Shown here piece after piece: positions 39,249 through 49,151 of a DNA stretch of 64,000 nt (within the stretch, counting starts at the first letter, position 1; every line of letters begins with the position of its first letter). The stretch covers positions 12,757 to 76,756 of the forward strand of contig CAZGVO010000012.1 in assembly GCA_964529175.1 (NCBI GenBank). The letters run 5' to 3'. The notes beneath the pieces were generated by a model. It did no database searches, was not told the origin of the DNA, and saw only the letters and a list, made by a program, of their open reading frames with translations. The DNA comes from an uncultured Bifidobacterium sp. (GTDB taxonomy: Bacteria; Bacteroidota; Bacteroidia; UKL13-3). A program made the position numbers and the translations under genes.

Positions 39249-41525
39249 ATGCGTAAATTCATACTTGCTATTATTTCACTATTGTTTATAAACTTAACAA
39301 GCAATGCTCAAAACGTTTATTTTTCGTTGTCGAATAGTGCTAAGTTTTTAAAGAAAAACAGTACAGATACCTTAAAATCACCATTTGTAGGTGGCTTGCA
39401 AAAGCCTCAGTTCAATAAAATGGATTTAAATAACGATGGTATAAAAGATTTAGTGGTATTTGATGGTTTAGGAAATAAAGTATTAACTTATTTATGGCAA
39501 AATAACTCTTGGGTTTATACTCCAAGTTACGAAAAGTATTTTAAAAACATTTCGCAATGGTTAAAATTAGCCGATTTTAATTGCGATGGTAAAGAAGATA
39601 TTTTTACAGCTTCAGGCCAAAATTATACTTTGGTACCTGGGCAGTTTGTTAAAAATAATTCTATTAGGTATTTACAAAATACTTCTACGCAACCCAATCA
39701 ATTTACCTTTCAGCAAAAAGTAAATTGTTTTACAGTAGTTGATAATGGATTTGAAGACTGTATAGAGTACACTCCAACTGATATTGGTGTTATTGAGGAT
39801 ATGAATAACGATGGTAAGCTTGATGTGCTGTATTCTCCAGCGCAGTCAAATTATTTTAACCTTTACGAAAATACACGCCCTACAGGAATGTGCGATTCTA
39901 TTGCCTTTGGTTTAAAAGTAATAGGTTGGGGGCATTTTAATTACAAAGTAAATTCAAATGGTTTTAACTTTGGATTGCCTGCATACTATTTATTTAAAGG
40001 CGGTAAACACGTAAGTAATTCGTTTTCGGTTTTTGATTATGATGCAGATGGTGATAAGGATTTTATTTATGGCGATGGATTTTTTCCAACATTAATATTG
40101 GTAAAGAATGGAAAAGAAATGACTACTTCAGCTCGTGATTCATTTATTTTAGAAGATACCATTTTTCCTAAAAACACTTACATCCCTAAAGATATGATTT
40201 GGCCAACTCCATATTTTAGCGATTTTGATAATGATGGAATTACTGATATGGTATTAACTACCAATGAGCCTGTGGTAGTTAAAAATACAAACAATATTTG
40301 TTTTTATAAAAATATGGCTGCTAGCAATAGTGTTCCCGCTAATTTTCAGTTTGTAAAAGAAAACTTTTTACAAGAAGACATGATTGATTTAGGAGGCAAT
40401 TCGAAACCAGTTTTTGTTGATATTGATAACGATGATGACCAAGATATTATTGTAGCAACACAAGGCAATTATTTAAGTACTCAAAATAATTTTGATCAAC
40501 TGTATTTGTTTAAAAACATAGGTATTAAAACCAATCCGGTATTTAGTTTGGTAGATACCAATTTTGCGAATATTCAAGCCGATGTGAGGTTAAACTTTAC
40601 CAATGTAATTCCAACCTTTGGCGATTTAAATGGCGATGGTAAAAAAGATATGATTTTAGGATGGTATAATGGTTATTTAAATTATTTCGAAAATACATCA
40701 ACTGGTAATGATATTAGTTTTACTAAACGCGATAGCAATTATTTTGGTATTAATTGTGGCACACAAACTGCTCCGCAATTGGTTGATTTAAATAAAGACG
40801 GAAAGCTAGATTTAATAATTGGTAAATACAACGGAACTTTGGCTTATTTTCAAAATACAGGAACTGTAACACAGCCTAGTTTTACTTCGGCTCCAACTAT
40901 TGATTCTCTTGGTAAAATAAGTGTTCGTTCTCGCGAAGATACTTACGGAAATGCTATTCCATCAGTTTACGATATTGATAATGATGGAATATTTGAAGCT
41001 TTAATTGGAAGTTACAGCAAAAGTGTGGTCTTGTATACTGATATTACCAGTAATCCTGATATTAAAGCTAGAAGAATTGCCAATATTTTTAAAGATGATG
41101 CCGACATGGCCGCTGATAGCATTATGCAAGGCGTTTATTCAAGTGTAACTATTGCAAATATTGATGCTGATGCTAGCCCTGAAGTTTTAATAGGCAACCA
41201 ACGTGGTGGTTTACGCTTATACAAAAGCAATATTTTAGGTAAAATTAGTTTATCAGCATTTAATAATGCAGAAGAGCAAACATTTGAAGCAAAAATTTAT
41301 CCTAATCCAGCTAAAAATAAACTAACTATCGAAACGGATTTATTGAACGAAAAAGCGCAAGTAAGTATCATAAACATTTTAGGAGCAACGGTAATTAATC
41401 AAACTATGCCACGTGGCACACAATCAGCAACTATTGATTTGTTAAACCTAAATGCGGGTGTATATTTTGTGAAAATTCAAACTGAAACAGGCAAACAATT
41501 AGTAAAACGTTTGGTGATTGAATAG
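39249..41525 (+). CDS. FG-GAP/VCBS-repeat protein with T9SS type A C-terminal sorting domain
   Basis: Seven DxDxDG-type repeats (DLNNDGIKDLVVFDG, DIDNDDDQDIIVAT, DLNKDGKLDLIIG …). CTD KIYPNPAKNKLTIE…GVYFVKIQTETGKQLVKRLVIE. Confidence 0.7.
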   Translation: MRKFILAIISLLFINLTSNAQNVYFSLSNSAKFLKKNSTDTLKSPFVGGLQKPQFNKMDLNNDGIKDLVVFDGLGNKVLTYLWQNNSWVYTPSYEKYFKNISQWLKLADFNCDGKEDIFTASGQNYTLVPGQFVKNNSIRYLQNTSTQPNQFTFQQKVNCFTVVDNGFEDCIEYTPTDIGVIEDMNNDGKLDVLYSPAQSNYFNLYENTRPTGMCDSIAFGLKVIGWGHFNYKVNSNGFNFGLPAYYLFKGGKHVSNSFSVFDYDADGDKDFIYGDGFFPTLILVKNGKEMTTSARDSFILEDTIFPKNTYIPKDMIWPTPYFSDFDNDGITDMVLTTNEPVVVKNTNNICFYKNMAASNSVPANFQFVKENFLQEDMIDLGGNSKPVFVDIDNDDDQDIIVATQGNYLSTQNNFDQLYLFKNIGIKTNPVFSLVDTNFANIQADVRLNFTNVIPTFGDLNGDGKKDMILGWYNGYLNYFENTSTGNDISFTKRDSNYFGINCGTQTAPQLVDLNKDGKLDLIIGKYNGTLAYFQNTGTVTQPSFTSAPTIDSLGKISVRSREDTYGNAIPSVYDIDNDGIFEALIGSYSKSVVLYTDITSNPDIKARRIANIFKDDADMAADSIMQGVYSSVTIANIDADASPEVLIGNQRGGLRLYKSNILGKISLSAFNNAEEQTFEAKIYPNPAKNKLTIETDLLNEKAQVSIINILGATVINQTMPRGTQSATIDLLNLNAGVYFVKIQTETGKQLVKRLVIE

Positions 41526-41534
41526 TAATAACTA

Positions 41535-41568
41535 CCTATGCCTTCGCTTCAAACGAAGGCATAGGTTT
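41535..41568. terminator. bidirectional terminator hairpin between convergent genes
   Basis: cctatgccttcg-cttcaaa-cgaaggcatagg (12-bp stem). Confidence 0.65.
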
Positions 41569-41571
41569 AAC

Positions 41572-42444
41572 TTACTTCAAAACCCCCAACAAACCTAATA
41601 ATCCACCTGTATGAACACAAAGAATTTTGGAGTTTGGTTCAAAATAATCTTGTTCAGCTAAAGTAAAAACGGCCATCATCATTTTGGCTGTATAAACTTG
41701 ATCTAATAAAATACCTGTTTTACTAGCAAATAGGGCTATAAAGTCCATTATTTTAGGACTATTTTTAGCATAACCTCCTTCATGAAATTGATGATGGATT
41801 TTATAATAATCTTGCAGTTGATTTTTTTTCAATTCTTCATCAATATTTTCGGCTCCTTTCAATACACAAATACCTTCGGCTTTGGTAGCCAATTGTTGGT
41901 TTTTTATAGCCTTTGCAATTCCTTGTAAAGTAGTGGCAGTGCCCACTGCACAAAATACATGTTGGTAATTATCGGTCAGTTCTGTAACAATTCCTTGGCA
42001 ACCTTTAGCACCTAAAATACCTGCGCCACCTTCATTAACAAAATAGGCATTTTTATTTTGCCCAAAATATTTTTCAAATAAACTTTCTTTATCTTTATAG
42101 CTGGTTCTGTCGGTATAAATAAACTCCATGCCCCACAGTTTATTCAAAGCCAACATTTGGTTGCTAACACCTTCATCTCCTCTAATAAAAGCTGTAGTTT
42201 TAAAACCAAACATAGCACCTGTGCAAGCCAATGCATTTAAATGATTGCTGTAAGCACCTCCAAAACTAACCAAATGGTTTTTATTTTTTTGTTGTGCATC
42301 GGCTAGTGTATATTTAAGTTTTCGCCATTTATTTCCACTTATAAATGGATGAATCAAGTCATCGCGTTTAATATAAACTGAAATATTTTTTTGCTTAAAT
42401 AGCTCAAAATTTAATGGTTCAACAGGCGAGTTTATGTTAATCAT
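41572..42444 (-). CDS. PLP-dependent ACC deaminase/D-cysteine desulfhydrase-family enzyme
   Basis: KRDDLIHPFISGNKWRKLKY (family's GNKxRKL motif); tryptophan-synthase beta-like fold length. Confidence 0.65.
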   Translation of the reverse strand: MININSPVEPLNFELFKQKNISVYIKRDDLIHPFISGNKWRKLKYTLADAQQKNKNHLVSFGGAYSNHLNALACTGAMFGFKTTAFIRGDEGVSNQMLALNKLWGMEFIYTDRTSYKDKESLFEKYFGQNKNAYFVNEGGAGILGAKGCQGIVTELTDNYQHVFCAVGTATTLQGIAKAIKNQQLATKAEGICVLKGAENIDEELKKNQLQDYYKIHHQFHEGGYAKNSPKIMDFIALFASKTGILLDQVYTAKMMMAVFTLAEQDYFEPNSKILCVHTGGLLGLLGVLK

Positions 42445-42481
42445 GTAAATGTTTTATATATGTATTTTAATTAGCTAGTTA

Positions 42482-43159
42482 TTATTCCAAATTAATTTGT
42501 ATTACATTAACTGTATTAGAAGATTTGGTTGAACCATGAAAATAAATAGCTTTTCTTTTTTTGAAAACACCTCTTTTTTTATATCCATGAAATTTAGTGA
42601 TTATAAACTTGTTATTTGATGGTTTCCAAATGGCTTGGCAATAATATCTTTTATCATTTATTATATATGAAGTAGATATGGGTTTGGAATCTTCTTTATT
42701 AATTCGGTCTACATTATATTTTTTAACATTCTTAAAGTTTTCTGTTAAACTATCGTTTTGAATTTTGAAATAATTTATTGTAGTCCAATTTGTGTCAGGA
42801 TATTGGTTTTTGAAAACAAATATTTTTGAAATTTTGATTGTATCAGAAGTTAATTTATAAATATTATTTAGCTCCAGATATCCCCCTTTTTTGTCAATGG
42901 AAATACTAACAGTTGAGGTGTCATTTTGAATTGTTAATAAACAAGTCAAGGAGTTACTACTCCAGAAGCAGTCGCTATTTTTGATAAGATAAGGGTATAC
43001 TGTTTTTTGTTTTGAAGCTTTTATGAAAAATTCAATATATCCATTATTCTCAATGGTGTCGATTTGTAATATTATTTTTCGGGTTTGTGCCACACTATTA
43101 TTTACCAATATTGATTGAACACTAAAGTTCAAAATTATAATTAAAAATAGTCGTGTCAT
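42482..43159 (-). CDS. hypothetical secreted protein
   Basis: Signal peptide, no known motif; 3-bp gap from the upstream GT39-like gene. Confidence 0.35.
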   Translation of the reverse strand: MTRLFLIIILNFSVQSILVNNSVAQTRKIILQIDTIENNGYIEFFIKASKQKTVYPYLIKNSDCFWSSNSLTCLLTIQNDTSTVSISIDKKGGYLELNNIYKLTSDTIKISKIFVFKNQYPDTNWTTINYFKIQNDSLTENFKNVKKYNVDRINKEDSKPISTSYIINDKRYYCQAIWKPSNNKFIITKFHGYKKRGVFKKRKAIYFHGSTKSSNTVNVIQINLE

Positions 43160-43162
43160 TTT

Positions 43163-44491
43163 TTATTGTTTAAAACGAAATAATCTGCTAATAATGATAG
43201 ACTGATTTGCCCATAATAAAATAGCCATTAACAAAATAGGATATATGTGAATTCTATAACGCGAAACGCCTAGTACGCCAGTGGTTAATAAAAAATACAT
43301 CACAAAAAGGGCAATCAATAATTTTAAAAAAGTAGGGGAGTGGGTTTTCAATAAAAACAATATAAATATAATTACCACCAATATATTCCAACAAATTAGA
43401 ATTGCTAAAGCCAATAATCCCCAAAAGTTTATTCCTAATAAAAACTGCAGGGTAGCCTTTATTCCATACTGTTGCAAAGTTTGGTACATCCCTAAAGCAT
43501 TGTCGTTATTGGCATTAAACAATTTATATAAATCATATCTACCTGGGTCAAACATAAAAGTTAAACAACCCTTTACGTAAACTTTTAAAAATGCCATTTT
43601 ATGATTTGCCAAAAAATGATTGCAACTGCTATCAATATATTGATAACGTTGCGCTAGTGTAGCTTGTTGCTCCGATTGGCTTACAATGGCCGATGCAATA
43701 CTATCTGCATAATCAGGTCCATAAGCATTGGCAGCAGAATATTTTACCAAACAGCGCACTGCTGCAAACGATTTCATACTGGTAAACTGAAAATATCCTG
43801 TTTCTTTTTGTACTGCAAAACTTAAACTTAAGTAAGCCATTGCAGGAAAAACAAGTAAGTAAGCAATATAAATTTTGGGATAATTTTTTATGAATAACAT
43901 AACGCCACATACCAATAGTCCAATTAATATACTTACGGGTTTAGTAATTAAGGCAACGGCTATAATCAACCCAATGCTCAAAGCCTTTTTAAGTGTTGGG
44001 TTTTGATAAAATGAATAAGTAGTATTAAAAAGTAAAAATACCATTACTTCAAAAATAGTATCGCTCATAATGGTATTGGCATACACAAAATGCGCTGGAT
44101 AAAACACCAAACAAATGGGTAAAAAAATGTTTAATATTTTGGCTTTTACTCCTAATTCAGAAGCTGTTTTGAGTACGTTTAGAATTAATATTATTGCTAT
44201 AATATTTTGAATAAATAAAACAGAATAGTCTGACTGGTAAATGGATTTACAAGCAATAATAAATAAAGCATAAAAAGGCGGACGTAAAGCAAAATAATCA
44301 TTTTGAATAGGTAGCATTAAATCGCCTGCATACAAACTATTGTATTTTAATAAATTTTGAGCTTGAAATAGATACCCAGGCGAGTCAACAGTATAAATTC
44401 CGTTAAAATAAAGTGCTACTAAAAAGTACACCAAATGAATTGAAATAATAAATATGCTTAAAAATTTATATTGTTGTAGGGTTTTTATCAC
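43163..44491 (-). CDS. ArnT/PMT-like (GT39/GT83) membrane glycosyltransferase-family protein
   Basis: Polytopic N-terminus with an early periplasmic-loop Asp (VDSPGY); about 12 TM helices. Confidence 0.45.
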   Translation of the reverse strand: MIKTLQQYKFLSIFIISIHLVYFLVALYFNGIYTVDSPGYLFQAQNLLKYNSLYAGDLMLPIQNDYFALRPPFYALFIIACKSIYQSDYSVLFIQNIIAIILILNVLKTASELGVKAKILNIFLPICLVFYPAHFVYANTIMSDTIFEVMVFLLFNTTYSFYQNPTLKKALSIGLIIAVALITKPVSILIGLLVCGVMLFIKNYPKIYIAYLLVFPAMAYLSLSFAVQKETGYFQFTSMKSFAAVRCLVKYSAANAYGPDYADSIASAIVSQSEQQATLAQRYQYIDSSCNHFLANHKMAFLKVYVKGCLTFMFDPGRYDLYKLFNANNDNALGMYQTLQQYGIKATLQFLLGINFWGLLALAILICWNILVVIIFILFLLKTHSPTFLKLLIALFVMYFLLTTGVLGVSRYRIHIYPILLMAILLWANQSIIISRLFRFKQ

Positions 44492-44514
44492 CTTGCGAAA
44501 TTATTATTTTACAA

Positions 44515-45993
44515 TTGATAATTTATAGTATTTATTTAATGGAAAAACTAATTAACAAGTATATTTTAGCAATCATAGCAGTTTTGCAATTGGTATTGTT
44601 TTTTGTAATTAAAAACGATCCTTTTCATGGCGATGCTGTTACATCTACAGCTAGAGCAGCACTTAATATTTACAACCATAATTTGCAAACTATTTGGTAT
44701 CCAGCTAATTTCGATCCAGGTCATCCTACTTTATTTCCGTATTTATTAGCTTGTTGTTGGATGGTTTTTGGAAAGTCGCTGGTGGTAAGTCATCTTATTA
44801 TAATGCTTACTTCTTTTTTTATACTTTTTATTACTAGAAAAATTGCCTTGCATTATTGCCATGAAACCAAAGCCAATTTAGCCACTTTGTTAGCCGGTTG
44901 TTATTCTATTTTTATAGCTCAGCAAGCGTTATTGCTTAATACACCATTGTTCTACTTGTTTGTATTATTGGCATTTTATTATTTAATAAAACAACAAAAA
45001 CTAGGTTTTGTAATTAGCACTTTATTAATGGAATTAACTCATTTGCAAGCTAATTTTTTCTTATTGGCATTTGGCATAATTTATTGTTACCAAGTATTTA
45101 AAAACAAAGAAACCATTGTACAGTTTTTTAAAAATGGACTAATGCTTTTTTTGCCCGCTGTAACGGTTTTAGGTATTTGGTTATACGTTCACCAACAGCA
45201 TTTTGGTTGGGCTTTTTTATCGCCTAATTATACCGAACATAACGATATAAAAGGAATTAAGCAGTTTGTTCAAAGTGTGTTTTTAATTATTTGGCGTTTG
45301 GTTGATAATGGCATGTTAACCGTATATGGTTTGCTTATTTATTTATTTTTCAAACAAAAGTTAAATAAGGAACTGTTTATTTTTAGTTCAATTATATTAA
45401 TAGTTAATAGCCTTTGTATGGCAATATTTTTATATAATACCATTGGCCATAGGTATTTTATGATTAGCCAATTTTTGTTTATTGTTTTATTAATAGAAGC
45501 AAGTAATAAAAAACAACTTAAATGGATTGCAAGTTTGGTTTTGGTAAGCTTAGCAATTGGAAATGTTATGTATTACCCGGGTAAGGTAATAGCAGATACC
45601 AATTTACAATACCGCAATTTTTTTAAATTAGAGCAACAAGTAAAAAGTAATTTCGATTCTATTCGATTCTATTCTTACGCACCCATTAGTTCAAGTGCCG
45701 ATATTCGTTATTTAGATTTGGACAAAGGTTTAAAAATTAGTTCATTAAATGACTTGAATTTAGATACCATTCCTGCTTTGTTACAATCAAATGTAAATGC
45801 TGAATTTACAAAACCTCAGCGTGATTTTTTATATAATAATTGGTACGGAAACAGTTATGAAAATGGGGCTGTCTATGTAAATGTATTTTTAAATCCAAAG
45901 TATTATTCTAAACCAAGTTGGTTTAAATTAAGACAACCAAGTTATTTTGAGCAAAAATTGCAAGAGTTAAAGTATAAAATAAGAAAAGAATAG
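44515..45993 (+). CDS. ArnT/PMT-like membrane glycosyltransferase-family protein (divergent paralog)
   Basis: Similar topology; GDAVTSTARA…PANFDPGHPTLFPYLL. Divergently transcribed ~23 bp from 43163-44491. Confidence 0.45.
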   Translation: MIIYSIYLMEKLINKYILAIIAVLQLVLFFVIKNDPFHGDAVTSTARAALNIYNHNLQTIWYPANFDPGHPTLFPYLLACCWMVFGKSLVVSHLIIMLTSFFILFITRKIALHYCHETKANLATLLAGCYSIFIAQQALLLNTPLFYLFVLLAFYYLIKQQKLGFVISTLLMELTHLQANFFLLAFGIIYCYQVFKNKETIVQFFKNGLMLFLPAVTVLGIWLYVHQQHFGWAFLSPNYTEHNDIKGIKQFVQSVFLIIWRLVDNGMLTVYGLLIYLFFKQKLNKELFIFSSIILIVNSLCMAIFLYNTIGHRYFMISQFLFIVLLIEASNKKQLKWIASLVLVSLAIGNVMYYPGKVIADTNLQYRNFFKLEQQVKSNFDSIRFYSYAPISSSADIRYLDLDKGLKISSLNDLNLDTIPALLQSNVNAEFTKPQRDFLYNNWYGNSYENGAVYVNVFLNPKYYSKPSWFKLRQPSYFEQKLQELKYKIRKE

Positions 45994-46045
45994 TGAAACA
46001 ATTTAGGATTTAGCAAGTTTGATTCCATATAAACCAAAACCAAAC

Positions 46046-46882
46046 ATGAAAAAATTTTTATTAGCAATGGCATTAGTTGTTTCAGCTACTATTGCAAAAT
46101 CACAAAATAGCTGCTGCGCAATAACCGTTAGCAGTCAAAATGCAGCCTTAGCCATGAACGAAAAATTTGCATCTAAACACGAAGTACCTTTACCTTTTAA
46201 GTTAGAAAAACCAAAAGGTGAAATGATTACGTTTGCCACCAAAGAAGGTTCAAATGGAAATGCTTATTATATTAAAGCAAGTAAGCCAACTAAAAAGGTG
46301 TTGTTTGTTTTTCATGAATGGTGGGGATTAAACGATTATATTAAACAAGAAGCTGAAACTTTTGCTGCCGAAATGGGCGATGTAGACGTTTACGCTGTTG
46401 ATTTATATGACGGTGAATTAGCTACTGATGTGCCAACTGCACAAAAATTAATGATGGGGTTAAAACAAGAGCGTGCCACTGCTATAGTAAACGGAATAAT
46501 AGCCAAAGTCGGAACCGATAAAGCCATTGCTACTATTGGATGGTGTATGGGTGGTGCTTGGAGTTTGCAAAGCACTTTACTAGAAAGTAAACAAGCAAAA
46601 GCTTGCGTAATGTATTACGGAATGCCAGAAAAAAGCATAGAACGTTTAAAAACTTTGAATTGTGATGTGTTAGGTATTTTTGCTAAACAAGATCAGTTTA
46701 TCAATGCTGATTTAGTTAAAGCATTTGAAGCCAATATGAAAAAAGCTAAAAAGAAATTAACTGTATATAATTACGATGCTGACCATGCTTTTGCTAATCC
46801 TAGTAATCCTAAGTTTAACAAAGAATTTTCGGCCGATGCACATGCTAAAGCATTGGCATTTTTAAAATTGAAGTTGAAATAA
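46046..46882 (+). CDS. secreted dienelactone hydrolase-family protein
   Basis: Signal peptide MKKFLLAMALVVSATIAKSQ; VLFVFHEWWGLNDYIK, nucleophile region GWCMGGAW, DHAF. Confidence 0.7.
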   Translation: MKKFLLAMALVVSATIAKSQNSCCAITVSSQNAALAMNEKFASKHEVPLPFKLEKPKGEMITFATKEGSNGNAYYIKASKPTKKVLFVFHEWWGLNDYIKQEAETFAAEMGDVDVYAVDLYDGELATDVPTAQKLMMGLKQERATAIVNGIIAKVGTDKAIATIGWCMGGAWSLQSTLLESKQAKACVMYYGMPEKSIERLKTLNCDVLGIFAKQDQFINADLVKAFEANMKKAKKKLTVYNYDADHAFANPSNPKFNKEFSADAHAKALAFLKLKLK

Positions 46883-46897
46883 AAATTACTATATAAT

Positions 46898-46931
46898 AAA
46901 AAACCGAAGTTTAAAAAGCTTCGGTTTTTTT
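46898..46931 (+). terminator. rho-independent terminator
   Basis: aaaaccgaag-tttaaaaag-cttcggttt followed by T7. Confidence 0.7.
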
Positions 46932-46957
46932 ATGCCTTAAAAGTTTATTTTTGAATT

Positions 46958-47470
46958 ATGTTTTTCAATCTATTCCCGCGAATTGTTGTTTTTGAAGTTA
47001 ATTTAACTCCCTCACAAATTATGCAGGCCATTCATGATAATATGAATGCTAAAAACACCAATACAGAGTCTGTATTTAATCAAAAAATGCTCGAAGGCAC
47101 TACCTCTGGTAAGCAATTTGATGTAAATTTAAAAAGAGGTTTTATGGATAATAAACAAGTTCAAATTTATTTACATGGTGAAACCAAACTATTAGAAAAT
47201 GGACATTCAGAAATTGAAATTAGCTGTTATCCATTTATAGGTTTAGTATTAGCTGTTATTTTTTTACCATTTATGCTTTTTACATGTTTGTCTCAGTTTA
47301 CAAACATTTTGATTGATAGCAATATGAATTTGAAAATATTAGTAATTGCTTTTTTGGTAGTTGTCTGCTTAGTAGCATTGAGTTTTTACTTTATTTACGA
47401 TTTTAATAATTCGCTAAATTTCCTCAAGCAAGTTCTTTCGGTTGCCGAAAGTCAAAACATTGAAAAATAA
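46958..47470 (+). CDS. hypothetical membrane protein
   Basis: Two C-terminal TM helices, no motif. Confidence 0.35.
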   Translation: MFFNLFPRIVVFEVNLTPSQIMQAIHDNMNAKNTNTESVFNQKMLEGTTSGKQFDVNLKRGFMDNKQVQIYLHGETKLLENGHSEIEISCYPFIGLVLAVIFLPFMLFTCLSQFTNILIDSNMNLKILVIAFLVVVCLVALSFYFIYDFNNSLNFLKQVLSVAESQNIEK

Positions 47471-47505
47471 AAAATAAGAAATTAATTAAAAAGAAAATTT
47501 AATAA

Positions 47506-48315
47506 CTAAACAGAAGCATTATTCTTAAACTTTAACTTTCTATAAAATTTAAAAATAGCCGTATTGGTTAAAGTTCTTATGAGTTTTACTTTTAGCCAAA
47601 TTACAGGGTACATCAGCCAATTTTTGATGGCAATTGTGAGTGGGAAATTGCTCCATCCATAATGAACGTATTCCTTATATCCAAGCATACGCTTGTGGTA
47701 AGTGGCACCTTGAATATCGTAAAAAGCAATAACTTTATCTATATAAAAAGCTTTTTCTGGCTGAGTTTTAAAAAATGAGGCAAACCAAGTTGTGTCAGCA
47801 ACTAATTTATAGGCAGTATTGTAATAGCCTATTTTTTTAAAAGCATTTTTATGGGTAAACGTAGCTTGGTGGCAAATAGGGTAGTGCGAAAAGAAATCGC
47901 TATATTTTACAGGTTTGCCATTAATATAATTAACTCCGGTTGGTTCATTTACGGTTTGCACTTTGGCGTAAATAAGCTCGCAGTTGTTATAAGTATTGTT
48001 TTTAAAAATATCTGCAAGCACTTCATTATTGTAAAATGAATCGCCAGCATTTAAAAAATAAACCCATTGTCCTTTTGCTGCTTTTATGCCTTTGTTCATG
48101 GCATCGTAAATTCCTTTATCAGGTTCCGAAATAATGGTTCCTACATTACTGGTAAATTGTTGAGCTATTTTTACGGTATTATCTTTTGAGCCACCGTCAA
48201 CTAAAATGAGTTCAAAATCTTTAAACGATTGATTGATAGCCGATTGCCAAGTGTCATAAAGAAGTGATTCGGCATTATAAGTAACTGTAATTAAGCTTAT
48301 TAAAGGGTTTTGCAT
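47506..48315 (-). CDS. family 2 glycosyltransferase
   Basis: ISLITVTYNAE…ELILVDGGSKDNT, DxD-type GT-A fold. Confidence 0.8.
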   Translation of the reverse strand: MQNPLISLITVTYNAESLLYDTWQSAINQSFKDFELILVDGGSKDNTVKIAQQFTSNVGTIISEPDKGIYDAMNKGIKAAKGQWVYFLNAGDSFYNNEVLADIFKNNTYNNCELIYAKVQTVNEPTGVNYINGKPVKYSDFFSHYPICHQATFTHKNAFKKIGYYNTAYKLVADTTWFASFFKTQPEKAFYIDKVIAFYDIQGATYHKRMLGYKEYVHYGWSNFPLTIAIKNWLMYPVIWLKVKLIRTLTNTAIFKFYRKLKFKNNASV

Positions 48316-48509
48316 GTTTTGATTAACTAAAATTTAGGGCAATTACATTTTCTGTTTCTTGCAATTCCTTTTTTGCTTCCACAAGCACTAACTGCGCTTA
48401 AAAGCGAAATGCCTATCAATATAAAAGCGATGATTTTAGTAGTTTTCATGCCTGCAAATTAAAAAAATAATTGTTTTGCCATAATAAATTACTTTTGCGG
48501 TCATAAAAA

Positions 48510-48743
48510 ATGACCGACCCTAAACTAGATAAAGAAGAATTAACAAGCAGCTATGCCAAATACAGTAAAATATTTGGCTTATTGGTTCAGCTTATTATTT
48601 TCATGCTAATTTTTACCTTTTTGGGTAATTGGGTTGATAAACATTTTGCCCATAAAGTTCCATATTTAACCATTGTAGGTGTTTTTATTGGAATGGCAAT
48701 TGGTTTTTACAATTTGATAAAAAACTTTATGAGGGAAAAGTAA
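48510..48743 (+). CDS. AtpZ/AtpI-like small membrane protein preceding the atp operon
   Basis: 77 aa, two TM helices, first gene of the atp cluster. Confidence 0.5.
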   Translation: MTDPKLDKEELTSSYAKYSKIFGLLVQLIIFMLIFTFLGNWVDKHFAHKVPYLTIVGVFIGMAIGFYNLIKNFMREK

Positions 48744-48751
48744 CTGATACT

Positions 48752-49132
48752 ATGAAAACAATTATACAATTTTTTTTACTAAGCATAGGATTAAGCATTT
48801 TTATAGGCTTGGCTACTTTTTGGAGTATTAATTCATTGAAAATCAATTTAAACTTTAACGATGCAATTATTTGTTTAACGTTTTATTGCATTGTAACATG
48901 TTTAGTGTTTTATATCAGTTATTTGGGTTTGAAAAAAGGTCCGCAAAATTTTGTGATGCACTCTTACGCAGCCCTAGCAGTCAGATTTATAAGCAGTTTG
49001 TTCTATGTTTTGTACTATGCGCAAACCCATAAAACGTATCAATTATCCTTCATTTTTTACTTTATGCTGCTTTTTATTTTATTTATTGTGTTTGAAATTT
49101 ATATCCTTACAACTAAATTGCGCCTCGATTAA
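48752..49132 (+). CDS. hypothetical four-TM membrane protein within the atp operon
   Basis: Located between the AtpZ-like gene and atpB, same strand, 8-bp gap. Confidence 0.4.
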   Translation: MKTIIQFFLLSIGLSIFIGLATFWSINSLKINLNFNDAIICLTFYCIVTCLVFYISYLGLKKGPQNFVMHSYAALAVRFISSLFYVLYYAQTHKTYQLSFIFYFMLLFILFIVFEIYILTTKLRLD

Positions 49133-49151
49133 GGACGAAACGAAGAACCAA

